Source: Lingula anatina | Taxonomy: Eukaryota; Animalia; Brachiopoda | Length of the DNA stretch: 64,000 bases | Reading direction: 5' to 3' | Assembly: GCA_051362555.1 (NCBI GenBank) | Contig: CM120640.1 | Location: 18,290,001 to 18,354,000, forward strand | In this document: in pieces, positions 13,401 to 27,498 of the stretch | Numbering within the stretch: position 1 is the stretch's first letter | Layout of the letters: every line of letters starts with the position of its first letter | Notes under the pieces: generated by a model | Told to the model about the DNA's origin: nothing | Databases searched by the model: none | The model's input: the letters and a program-made list of their open reading frames with translations, nothing else | Translations under genes and position numbers: made by a program

Positions 13401-16400
13401 TCCTCCATTCTGAGATAATGAATATAGTAGATGATTGAATCTGACAAACTGCAATGATATTTGTTTATTTCCATTTTTGACACTTTATAACATAATACAC
13501 AATAACAAGTTTACCATCATTTTTACATAATCAACTAACAATGTTATTAAGATGCAGGAAATGTCAAACAAACACTTTTACGTATCTTATTAGTTCAATA
13601 ATGAGACTGTTAACATGCCTAACAATTGAATCTGAGGAAATAAGAAAAAACAGCATAACTTCTAAAAGAATGGCCCGATTATGCTGATTTTGGAACTCAA
13701 CCTGCGTTTTAGTTAGTTTGACTACTCCTGTGAGTATAATGACAATTGGCCTATCTGTTTTTCTTATATTGTGTTATTAGCGTTGCATATATGTTGAAAG
13801 AAGTGAAAAAACAGCATAACTTCCCTAAAAATGGCCCGATCATGCTGATTTTCGAACTTGACCTGGGTATTATGAATATTCATCAGTTCTGTAAGTTTCA
13901 AGCCAAAAGATAAAATGGTTTTCCATTTATGGTGTTATCGGTGCTGCATATATGCTGAAAAAAGAGAAAAAATAGCCTAAATTCACTAAAAATGACCCAA
14001 TCACGCTGATTTTCGAACTTGACCTGCGTATTATGAATATTCGTCAGATCTGTAAGTTTCAAGCCAAAAAGTAAAATGGTTTTCCACTTATCGTGTTATC
14101 GGTGCCGTATATATGCTGAAAAAAGTGAAAAAACAGCATAAATTCCCTATAAGTGACCCGATCATGCTGATTTTCGAACTTGACCTGCGTATTATGAATA
14201 TTCATCAGTTCTGTAAGTTTCAAGCCAAAAGGTAAAATGGTTTTCCACTTATCGTGTTATCGGTGCTGCATATATGCTGAAAAAAGTGAAAAAACAGCAT
14301 TAATTCCCTATAAGTGACGCGATCATGCTGATTTTCGAACTTGACCTGCGTATTATGAATATTCATCAGTTCTGTAAGTTTCAAGCCAAAAGGTAAAATG
14401 GTTTTCCACTTATCGTGTTATCGGTGCTTCATATATGCTGAAAAAAGTGAAAAAACAGCATAAATTCCCTATAAGTGACCCGATCATGCTGATTTTCGAA
14501 CTTGACCTGCGTATTATGAATATTCATCAGTTCTGTAAGTTTCAAGCCAAAAGAAAAAACAGTATTCCACTTATCGTGTTATCGGTAAAAGTGCACGGCG
14601 ACGACGGCGACGGCGACGGCGACGACAGACGCAGATGATGGCTATATGTACAGACACATCTGTGTCTGTACATAAAAATAACAGATTTTAAAAAACATAA
14701 AATGAATAATTTAATCATATACATCTAGACAATCAAACTGACAATTACCTCCATAAGTCCATAGTCCCCTTCTCCCTTGGTACATATGTAGTTATCTAGG
14801 TAGTTCCAATTGTAATTCTCAAGTTGCTGGTTCTTGAAAGTGACCCAGGACACATCATAATTCACAGAATCTGGACATTTGAAGCGATACTTGTAGTGCA
14901 CAGTCCTCAATGTGTATGGGTGTCTGCAAAGCGACAATGAACTTTTCTAAAAATGGACAGCTGAAGTTTTTCTTTCATTGGTTTACAATATCATTTAAGT
15001 GTGTAGGTATTAGTCAGTCTATGGAGTACTCCTAAACAATTGTCTGAAAACATTTACAACTGTTATATATCTATAAAATACTTTATATAATGATGGTAAA
15101 GGAAACAGTCTCCAAATTGTCAAAACTATTCATGACATTTTGATAAAGGGCCAAAACACCCTTGCCTCAAGGATAATAAAACATATTTCTTAAATGATTG
15201 TGTTATGTTTAAAAAACAGGTTTTACAAAAAAAAACTCATATCTGCTAAATGTACTTGCATCCAAACAATGCTACAAATTTAATCATGGGTCAAAAACTT
15301 ATTTGAATAACACAAATATAAGCTACATGTGATGTTATGGGTTTGGTTGCAAACCAAATTTACACTTTTAAACATGGTTGTAAATATCAGGGGCAGATCC
15401 AGAGATATTTTCTGACAGTCTTCCAAATTATCTTTGTTAATCCATCCTCCATTTTTGACCGTCTTCCGACAGAAAACCTTAGATACCCGTCATTGTAAAC
15501 TTAAAAATCTGACCGTCTTCCGGAAGACCCAGAAGACGGCCTAAATCCGCCCCTGAATATTATTTGAAAAATACAAATATAAGCTACTAATTACACATGT
15601 TGTTACAGGTATGGTTGTTAACCAAACTTGATTTACCTGGGCCTGTATCGGACCACTGTGATCTCTGGTCCAGTGAGATTTACTTTATGGTAGATACGGC
15701 CAATACTCAAGCGGTATTCTTCCTAAATATAATAAATGAAAGCACAATTATGATTTTCTGCAGTCCTTTAGCTTAGTTGATATGAAGTCATGCATATTCA
15801 TTCTTTAATAGTTGCTTAATGAGGTGGAAACCATATTCAGCCAAACAGGAAAGTTGTTTTTGATGACATTCACATGTAGCAGACCTAAGAATGAAAAAGT
15901 TAATTTATTTTTCTTCAATCAACAGTTTGTATTGAAATTGTTGTTTACCTACAACATTCAACTTTTTATATAGAGCATCTTAATCAGAAAAGGAACTTAT
16001 CCAACTGAATAGCCTCTATTTTTTTTAAATCAGGTCATGTTATATTTGGGACCCCTGCACTTTCTGATACTCTAATCCCCCCCCCCCCCCCCCCTGCATA
16101 CCATGTGATTATTCACTACAAAGATTTGGTAGCTTTAGTAAACATGCAGATTGCACACAACTTGATTGTGCACATGGGACGTGTGAAATAAACTTACAGA
16201 TTGTATAGTGCGTGAGCGTGCACGTATGAGGCTAGCAGTTCCTTTATACATGGGACTAGTGCTCAGGTCACTCTGATTGTTGGGGCTGCTGTTCTTAGGA
16301 CCTACTATCACTTGGAAGCCCTGAAAATCATAACAAATTTGAGAACAATAAAAAATATAAATGGTTTATCAAAAATAGAGCACTTTTTATTCACCATTTC

Positions 16401-19400
16401 AACAAGTCAAATAATCACAAACGGGTATCAGAAATATGTGTACAACTTTTTTCAACCTGCTTACACATACATTTATATATATAATACACATAATAATTGC
16501 CTTTTACCTGTCCAAATCTCTGATATATCAGTTCCTTGAATACTTCCATAGTTGTCATTGGTCTCTTGTTGCTGCAACACTCATAGGATCTTAAAACAAG
16601 TTGGTTACGATATAAAGAATCATTTGAGTGAAAAAAAATGTTCTGCATTTGTATATTATGTATTACTACAATTTCATGAAAAGAAAAAGAAACTGTACTG
16701 CATCCAGTACAATGTATTCAAATCAATAAACCAAAGAAAAGTCATGTCTACTATCATTCCACTTGGTTCTGGTCACCAGGACTATTACAATCTGTAGATG
16801 TGACTGGCATTTTTAAGGTAAACAGAATTGCTAATTAAAGAGGAATCTATGATAAAGGGCAGTACTGGTAAATGATGTCAGGGCTAAATATCTAAAAGTA
16901 GGTTAAAGCAACTTCTACCACTGTGACAAAGCAAAAGACACAGGTGTAGTACATTTTGCATACACTCACAAATCACACATGAATGTGAGACAAACCCTGT
17001 CTTATGTTCTCAATAGCTGCTATGTTTTACATGTGTATACATTTATTACATTAATCTTGCTGACTCGTGTTATATGTATTAAATGTATACACATGTAAAA
17101 CATAGCTGCTATGTTTTACATGTGTATACATTTATTACATTAATCTTGCTGACTCGTGTTATATGTATTACTTACATGTCTGAGTTGATGACATCAGGCA
17201 GCAGTTTATATTCTGAAATAACATAGTCATTGTGAAGGCTTCTCTTGTCCGGGAAGAAATCTGTGCTCATGGGCAACACTGCTGGCAGACTCATTGAGCG
17301 CCAGTCCACACCTGGGAGATAGAGAAACAGTCAATGAGTAAAGGTCATCATCTGAATTCACTGTGATGCAATTACCTGACATGGAAATGCACTGCTATGG
17401 AAAACAAACCAGGAAACTATTTCAACCTTCACACCTACTGAATTAGCAAATAGTCATAACTATCATGATGAGGCACTACATGATTGGCTGACAAACTTAA
17501 AACAATGCCATCATAGGGCTGCGCAGCCTTGAGTTATGACCATGACTAACTATAGCAACAGCATTACCAGGAGCTTGATTCTACACACAATGGACAATAG
17601 AAGTGTCACCCCTACTGAACCAATACTTTGGGCGAGATAAATGACTGTGGAATGATATGCTCCTGGTATCATTTTATTACCATCAAATTTCGCAAAAAAA
17701 AACCCCAAAATGTAGACCAGGCATTAAAACTACTCAAGATCTGCCTTCTTTGATTACTGATTACTTGATTATTATCTGATTACTCTGATTCAGGGGTGAG
17801 GTGACACTTCTACTGTCCATTGTGTGTATAACCTCTACACACACATACACGCGCAGACGCCTGCATGGGCTCACTACATTGTACTTACCAGTAGTAATAG
17901 TTGGACTCCATTCCTGCTCTCCTGTCACAGGCCCCCACTGCCAAGACTTGGAACCGGCTAACTTTTTACCAATTTCTTTGGAAATGCTGGGAGTCCTCAA
18001 AGAGCTCAATTTACTGGTACTTGAGTAAGAAGCTGAAAGTGCAATGTTTAGTATCTGTCATCATTAATAAAAAGGTCTTAATCTGATTCCGTAATATTCT
18101 GTTTTCAAGTGTAATGCAAAGAAAACAGCGCAATGACCATAATAAAGCAAACAATTACTAAAAATTAATAATTGAATCATGGTTATAAATGGTAGATTTT
18201 ACAAACTGACGAGAAAGCTAAAAACTGACCAATGCTTTAACTTTATGGGCCAAAATAACCAATATAAAATCAAAAATGACCACTGGATATCATAATTGAG
18301 AATGAATCAATGACCAATGACTATATTAAATCATAACAAAAAAGACAGTTCATGTGGGTCCAAATGCCTTGAAATAATATTTAATACATACTATAACATG
18401 TTGTGAAAAAAGCAAATAAATTGCATTTTATAAGAATCACAAAAAAAAACCTACTGAAATCAAGATGCATAAATATTAAAAACTATTTAACTTCAAAGTA
18501 TAAAATGAAATGAAAAAATTAAACATATCAGTTCTAATAAATATAGAAAATAATACATATTGCATGCTTGGATGTAATCATACAGGTTTTCTCCACAAAA
18601 ATCAACCAAAAAAATACCTGACTTATGCCTGCGCCCTGTGACAAAATGAAATACTGGTCATGATAAAAAATGGACATCTGTACATCACAAGACACATGCA
18701 AACCTTATGATCCATGTATATTTTTAAAAACACTGTTTGGAATTTAAAACAAACATTTGCAAATAAAGTTGTACAGGGCCACAGAAATTTCCTAAAAAAT
18801 GTTATGTAAGCAATGCGATTCCACCATGGGAAGTTGCCAAACAAAGCAAATCAGCAGCAAACTAGCACTAACAAAGTCTTGAAATGGGTGGTTCTAGGCC
18901 AAAATCTTATTGTCACTGATGTTACCAGGTACGTAGACATCAATGCTTAAACAGAGATGTACCTGAAGTTTCAGAGTTATTATTTGAAATTTGACCTTTT
19001 TATACTAGAGACCATCTTCTTTATGATGAAAACGAAAATATACAATCTTCATAATCACAATCAGATGTAATCTTGACAAGAAGTTTGTTTCTTATTTGCC
19101 AGCAATACTGAATTATAATGACATGTGTACACCTCTAACAAAATATAGTACAATAACAATAATGAATCGAATGAGCCACCTGTTCTCTGAAACCCAAGGT
19201 AACCATAGTAATATGTCAGCAAAAAGCTAGAGATACATACGTGTTTCATGCACATTGATCACACTAACAATGCTGCCGGCATCCTCACTTGTTAATGAGG
19301 CCGTACTATCTACAGTCTTCAGACCTCGCAAATTACTGTCCTTGCTGACAGATCGGTGGACTGGCGTGGTCATCTCATTCTCCATACTGCCTTCACTGGA

Positions 19401-22311
19401 CACTGTGGGAGACTTGGACCTAGAGACAACCAGGGCGCATTCACATACAAGTCGAATATAGTACAGGGGTATCACAAATTTGAAAATTTTGCTTTTAGTC
19501 TAACTCAAATCTTTAATCTAGTTAATTTTCATATAAATCTTCAAAACAAAGTGGTAACTATTTCTTATACAACTGAAACATTTTAAATCACTCATCATCC
19601 AACTGGCTTCAAGCAGTTTTTCAATATTAATAACTGTATTTTATACCTAGGTGTATGCTTTTTGATTTCAAAGCAATCACCTTTTGATGTCCATTTCATG
19701 GTCATGTCCTTCACTGTGTCTGTATTTCCTGGCCTCTACCGCACGGTTGGCAGCCTAAATAAATAAATTGATTAATTTATTAATAAATAAGTAAACTACT
19801 TGTACACAGCTCTGAAACGCCCTTTTCTTAAATATCACCAAGTATCTACACTGTTTAAATATCTACTCTGTCATTTGAGCAGAGTAATTCATTCTTACCA
19901 GTATAACTTCCCTAGTTGGTGAGGGACCAGTCCTTTTCCACTGGTCTCTTCTGTGCCGCTGGGAATACTGATGATGCGGAAGAATGGCTGCTCCCTGTTG
20001 ATCTACAAATATGAATGAAAATATAACATAAAATAAAATACTCGATCCAACTGTGATGCAGGCTGTCTGCTCATTTTTTTAAATAAGAACAATATTCATG
20101 CTCTTGGGCATTTGATGGAATGTGTTTCATTGTATGATTCATTGTATTATTCTTTCTTGCATCTTCTCCAAGATAAACGTCAACACCAGTACATATGTAC
20201 ACAAATTTTCAAGGAGCTTGAATTCTACAGGTATGTTTTACTTTCAACACTTACTTAGCTGGAGTTCAATACAATGAGTTATGGAAATAATTCTCCTTTA
20301 GATTTTATAACCATTATAACCATTTACATCAATTATGATGACAATAAATTTTCAAAGACTCTGAACTACATGGCTGTTCATTTTCACTGCTTGTTACTGA
20401 CCTAGAGGAAATGCATGCACCCATCTCCTTCTATTAGAAGTCATCTTGAACCTCATCCTGGATGGAGCAAATGGATTGATGAGGGCTCTACGAGGGGGGT
20501 GACGAAACTGTGCAGGCAAATGATGTCCTGCAGGAAATCCTGCACTGCCTACCACTGGACGTTCCATAAAGTCGTCACTGTCTTCCGAACCCACCGAATG
20601 CTGACTAGTGGATATTTCTATGAAACAAAATAAATATTTTAATATTTAAAATAAGTTTTCTGATGATGAATCCATTATGAGCTTCTGGTCCAGATGCACG
20701 TGTATAAGAATATCATTCAACAAACAAGATGTGATCACTTGTTAGGCATGAAAAAATTACTCTGTATATCAATTTTTAAAATATTTTAAATACAACAGTG
20801 CTTTGAGCATTAAAAATTTTAGGATTGCTGTGAAAATTGTTACCACCTGTCAGACTGGTGAATAGAGTGAGATTGTGCTTCATTATCCCACATACTAGTG
20901 ATTTGAGCATAATGCATTATATGTCATATGCAGTAAGAAATCACATGAATATTATGCCCAAGTATCTTCAGGGTATATCACATACTACATGTCATGTATT
21001 ACCTGCTAGAGGTATTGGAATGGTTCCTAAAGAAGTGGAGAGGAGATCTGCACTCTTCACTTTTCCTGGTATACCAATGGCGGGTGACCGTTTCCCTACT
21101 GACTGGTCATCTGACAATAGACCTGATACATCATCTGAGATGGTGCGATTGCGGGGCCTCTTAATAGCCATAGCTTCATTAAGACTTTGTGGTGTTTTTC
21201 TAGCAGAGCTGTATAGTGAAGCCGCACTTCTGGTATTTCTGATATAATAAACAGTTTTCTGAAGACTTCATCATCTCATTATACTTTAGATAAAGTTAAA
21301 TAAAAGATATGGCTATAAAAAGTTTAAAAAATCTATTGTGTTAAATGTTTTTTCCCTTTCTTTAAAAGTTGTTAAGTTGCAATTAAGTTTTTACCTTGAC
21401 TTTGGTGTTCTTGTTCTGCTGTTTGGTAATTTGAACACCTGAGCATCATACTCGTCATAGTCTACAAATGGCAATCTGTCATCCTCCTCACTCATCCCAT
21501 CCACTATATCTGGAATCCAGCAAAAAGAGATTCGATTTTGTAATTACTAGAAATCACAAAGTAATAAAATTGTAAAAACAGTTTTATTCTTTATTATAAA
21601 ACAATATTCTCAATATTCCAATGTTTACATCTAGTTTCAAACAGAGAATAACCAAAATATCCACAAAATTGTCTAGCTTGAAAACATTCTTGTAACAGAG
21701 CTTAGAGCTGAAGCCCAATACGAGTACCTACTTTCAATGTCTTCTTTATCTTTTACATTAGGCTGAAAAAGATTTAAGTAAAGTAACATCATGCTTCAAG
21801 TGTTTCAATGGTGATCTGCATAATTTGATCATTTCTCCCAGTGTCTATTTGCCTCAGTGATTATTTTAATAAAGTGGGAGAGGTATAACAATGTGTTTCT
21901 AAGTTGTCCATTTAACAAGATTTATTAGTGAACTTAAATAAAATTCTCTGATATTCATATAAGAGATAATAAGCACTACGTATGCATGTGAACAGAAATG
22001 GAAATGAGATAAAAACACTACACTCCATGATAGTACTAACCTTCATTTTGGCAAGTTTGATCCTAGGGACAAATGATAAAGAACTTGTTGTTTGTATCTG
22101 ACTTCTGGAGGTGTAGAAACTGAAAATAATATCAAATATTATAGTTATACAGTAATAATAGTGTGTGCTGCCAACTTTGCATGGCTTCTGAAAATGTAGA
22201 AACTGTAACAACTTTTTTTTTAAACATCTTTATTCTCAAGAGGGTTAAATATTGATACAGTATAAATAAAGGTGGCAATTCGCCTAGGCATTATATGCTC
22301 ACCTTTGAAAT

Positions 22312-22390
<79 letters not shown>

Positions 22391-25300
22391 TAATAATAAT
22401 AATAACTGTAACAACTAGTTAGAGAAGGCACTGTTAATCATGTCAATTTTTCCTTCAACTTGCTACAGGTATCAATGTCCATAAAACACAGGTGTTGATT
22501 GGGAGAATATCAGACTGAGATTGAAATGCATGCAATCCAAGTCAATCTTTCTGTTTTTCTTAACCTGCTAAGGATACAGTACAAAACACTGCAATCCTCT
22601 GATTAACAAAATAATCAAGAATGTTTGACAAAATTATTATCAAAAAGTCAACTCACCTGTGGTTAATCCAGTGAGGAATGTGATAATCATCTCCAACATC
22701 CAGAAAATCATTAGGAGTGCTGCTATGGAACTGAAAAATTCAAACAATATGCCACTGCACAATAATGATATATGCTATAATGCTATATGCTCCTATGATG
22801 TGATTTAACCTTTAGTTAAAAAAAAAACATTTCTAATATCCAGTATTTGAAATATGACTTTAAAACAGCAATTTGAACATATTTGTATGAAATGAAATTA
22901 ATTAGAAAGCAGAATTAGAAGGCATAAGGATAAATTAAGTGTAATCAAGTCGGAAATAATGAACTCACTCTAAAGAGAGGCACAGCATGCAGTGGTTGCT
23001 CCCCCATGCACACCAAGTCACTGCCCATACCTGAAGAAAGAACACTATAGAATGTACAATAACAGCACTGAAAACATTACATATTCAGCTTAATATATTT
23101 TACACACACAGTATCTAATTTTTGTCAGCTCTTTCAGCATAGCTGTAGATGTCATTCTTGAGCATATATTAATATTTAATTAACTTCTACATATATAAAA
23201 TGACAATACTGTAAACAATTGTAAATATGTTAACTGTAGAAGTCTTGAAATACTTTGTATATTTTGAAGACATGAGTATGTAAAAGTATTTTGTTTTCCT
23301 TGTTCTGTCTGAGACAGTGTATACATCTATCTTTCTTTAATTAAACTTAAAACTAACGTAGCCACTTAAGGAACAGATACCTGTGTCTATTGTCCTTTGT
23401 TTGGTCATAGTGGTCAGCTCTCTGTCCACCTCAAATACGCCTGCCCCTGGGGTGACTACAATGGCCACCTTCCCAAGACGATCAAAATTCCTGTCAATGT
23501 AGTACTTCTCATAAACTGAAAACAGAAAGATCACTTGAAAGTCTAGTCATCCAAATCACAATGAATAAAGTTGTTGGAAACTATTTCAAATAAATTTTGT
23601 GACATTAATATTTGATTTACAGATAAAATATAAAATGCAAAATATCTGTTCATTCTAATTTACTAATACACATTGCTGAACAATAAACAAACCATTGAGT
23701 AGAGAGAAAATATTTCAAATAAATTTTTGTGACAATGTTAATATTTGATTTAGGATAAAATATAAAACACAAAATATGTTAACTATTATTTCTAATTTTC
23801 TAATGGATATTGTTGAAAAAAGAAAACACAAACCATTGAGAGACATGTTGAGCACTTCCAGAAAGTTCCCCATGGCTGCAGTAGAGTTCCATGCTTTGGG
23901 CACCTTAGCACCCTGATCCTGGTGGTACTGTATAGTGGTCTTAGGGTAGTCTATGAAGAACTGTTTCAGGTCTACGAGCACACCTGTCCATTCTTTGTAG
24001 CATTCATTTTGTACAACCACCCTAGAACAAAAAGCAGTGTTAAATCAGTATGTCAAACTATGTTAACTAAGTGCTAAATTTTTGGAACATATTTACTGGC
24101 ATATTATGGTGTCCAGTGTCTGACACTGCAGATTCTTTTTTATTGAATGTCTGTCAAATGATGACATCATCTAAATATATGATGAGATTATATCAACAAC
24201 AATGTCAAGGCAACAGTCTTTTACCAACAAATTTCAGCTCAACAATTTGGCTTGCAAATAATTAAGTTCTACCTGAAAAGTTCTCTCAAAATTTTACCTG
24301 TAAAAGTCTTCATAAAATCTTCCTTTGTAATCCTGCTGTATACATTCCCTCATGCTTTCTGGAAAATCCTCTGAAAATTTGAAAAAAAAACAACATGAAT
24401 GTAAATTTCTTATGTAATAGAGAAAGTCTAAGTCTTTTCCCTAAGTTTCAGAGATAACTTAAATCTTATCTCTAACACCAGCATGCCTTTACCCTTACCA
24501 GAGACTTGTTCTCCAGTCGGCAACATTAACAATGGCCTCACAGAAATGCTAATAAAAGTGAAGGAGGGCTGGTAAAATTTTGCAAATTTCTCAAGGAACT
24601 GGGAACCTTTCCGGGCCTGTAGATTCCTTGAGTGCTAAAGGGCCAGCAGAATAAACGTTTTCTTTACAAAGTGGTTCCCAGTGATCTACGTACATAACTT
24701 GGGGTGAGTGCCTTGCATGCTAAATAAAAACTGAAACCAAACCCTATTATTAAATTTCCCCTTAAAACATGCACTGCACAATAGTCCACTTTTAAGCGAC
24801 ATAATGACATACCCAATGAGTGTGCATCGTAGAAGGTCCTGGAAAACATGACAATAGTCACATCATGGAGACAATTCTGCTCCTGAAAAGAAAAACAAAA
24901 AGAGAATTTACAAAGGCATGCCATTCATCTTTTTCCACAGCAGTGCAACATAGACCTACTCTTTACTCAAGTATACTAGTATCTACACATCTGACTTTTA
25001 TCTATGTCTTGTCTACCATTGAGACAAGAGATCTAAATTTTCTTTAATAAATATTCTCATTACTAACCTTCCATTTTACAAAGAGATCAGTTAAGAAGCC
25101 ACTGACTGCTTTTTCAAAGTATAAGTCCCCAAAAGCATCAAATTCCCACATCTCGCTGCTCATCTGGAGGAAAATGTGCACCACAGCAGTGGATGATCTA
25201 TACACTATCTGAAATACAAACACTATGGTAGTGATAATATTCACACATAGCTTTGGCTAAATTGTGTTAAGTGTGACAGAAATTGTGTCTGTTGTGACTG

Positions 25301-27436
25301 TTGACTGTGTTGAGACTCTACATGCCTATTATAAAAAGTTAACATCAGTTTGGAAGGTCTACATAAGACTACTTAAAACATCCCATTTCTGAAAGATAAA
25401 TAAATAACCTTGTAAACTGTACGATCAATTGCAAATATAAGTGATAAACAATAAGTGCCCATACCCTGGTATCTTCAGAAACATAACCACATGTCATCTT
25501 GTCCCCTTTGGCCCACAATTCATTCACCTGAGCTCTGGAAAATAGGGTTAGTTAAATTAATTTATTTACAAAATTACAAGTACAAATCAGCCTTGAAAAC
25601 ACCATGTTGGCAGCAGTTATTTTAAATTAAATATGATTATATTATAACCAATGGCAGGTTTAAGATTTCTAAAATCTGTTTTCTATTTTCATACCCATAT
25701 TACATTTGTAATGTGTAAATGAGATGTGACATGCCACTTACCTCATTCCAATATAATCAACCTTCTTTCCCACATACATACAGGTATTACGCTGAAATAT
25801 AAAAGAAGTTCTTGTGTACATTTTCTAAAAATTGCAATTTTTTGAGATAACTCAGAAAAATATTCTTTAAACCCATTAACAATAAACAACATTTTTCATC
25901 TACCTTACTATGAAGTACAAATATTACATATGTAAAATGTTAAAACAGCTATCTTTAATATGCATGATTTTCTCACCAAACTTTTTGTAAACCTCCACAT
26001 ATCACTCCTACTCAGGTACTGATCTTTGATGATCAACTCCATTAGATCCAAGGACACTACCTGGGAGAATAAAATATATTGTGGATAATCTGCCATAAAA
26101 CAGAAGTAATGCTATGTCCTAGCAAATTATTGCATGACTATGTTAAGTTGTTCAACTGTCTCCTTAAAACATGTAAATCCATCTAAGTAAAATCAAAATA
26201 CTGCCAGCAGTTTTAACCATCAATATTAAAAATGTATGTTTTTAAGAATTGCAAAATGTACTATTTAACCCCTTTCTTTTCTCCTTTGCTATATAGAAGC
26301 CTCTCATTGTGGTGATACATACATATTCTACATTTGAAGCTAAGAGAACAATCTGACCTAATCTACTTTACTGTCATCACCAACACAACAGTCCTTCTTT
26401 TACTGTCATCCACAACACTAGTAGTAGTAGTTTATTTCCATGAATGTGTGACAACATAAACAAATAAAAGTACACTGCTGAACAGTTCTATCACCCCACT
26501 TTGCAGTCCTCCCTAACGCAACAGTCCAACCTAACCCACTTTACTGCATTCACTAGTACATCAGTCTGGCTGAACCCACTTGACTTTCATTGCCCACACA
26601 ACACTGCTGCATAGACCTGCCAGCCAACTTAATTGGTTGCCCTATCTACCAGAACAGTCCTACCCAGCCCATGTTGCTGTTATCTCTAGCACAGCAGTAC
26701 TATCTCACCTAGTTTACTTTCATCAACAACCCAACCTATTGCTGAACACAACAATTGCCTGAAATGCCACAATTTATTATTATTATTATTTGCCAGTTTT
26801 TAGTATTATTACCTTTGGATCCACGGCCTGGATGTGCACATCTTGGTAGTTGCGCAAGTTAAAGGTGGATGCAATTGTGTGATGAACACTAACAGTGTCT
26901 ATAATAGATACAATATAGGTTGAACCAATTACTTACATTCAAAACAGCTTCAAAATGCATAATATTAATATTTCCATTTTTTTAAGAATCATTGAAAATC
27001 ACCAATATGTTTACAATATTACTTTAGACATTCTGACACAGGAGTTTAACATACAAAAATAAGGTATAAAATGCGTTATATAATAAAATATATTCATACC
27101 TTTTTGTTGAAAATCCTCCCTGTGGGATGTGACTTGCAGTAAAAGCCGGCTAAAATTTTTGAAAAAAATACACCAATGTGATTTATTTTAATGGCAAAAT
27201 ACATCTTCAACATAACAATAAAATGTCATGAATGTTACAAAAATGATTAAGACATAATTTCAGATCTAATTACGTGTAAACGTGTACAAACCTGAATGCA
27301 TCTTCTGGGTGATATATCTCTACAACATCTCCAATCATCAATCCTGGGAATTCCTTTGGGTTGAATATGAGATCTGCATCTATAGGGAATAAATAGTTTT
27401 TGTTAATTCAAGGGCATGGCAATACATAAGCAATAG

Positions 27437-27498
<62 letters not shown>

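Noticed and set aside
12750-14590. Regular repeat array as a CRISPR-like locus
   Set aside because: The units are contiguous 161-bp repeats with no unique spacers, there are no cas genes, and the context is a eukaryotic intron.
20837-21247. 136-aa plus-strand ORF and similar antisense ORFs over DEPDC5 and Neto-like exons
   Set aside because: These are antisense shadows of real coding exons.
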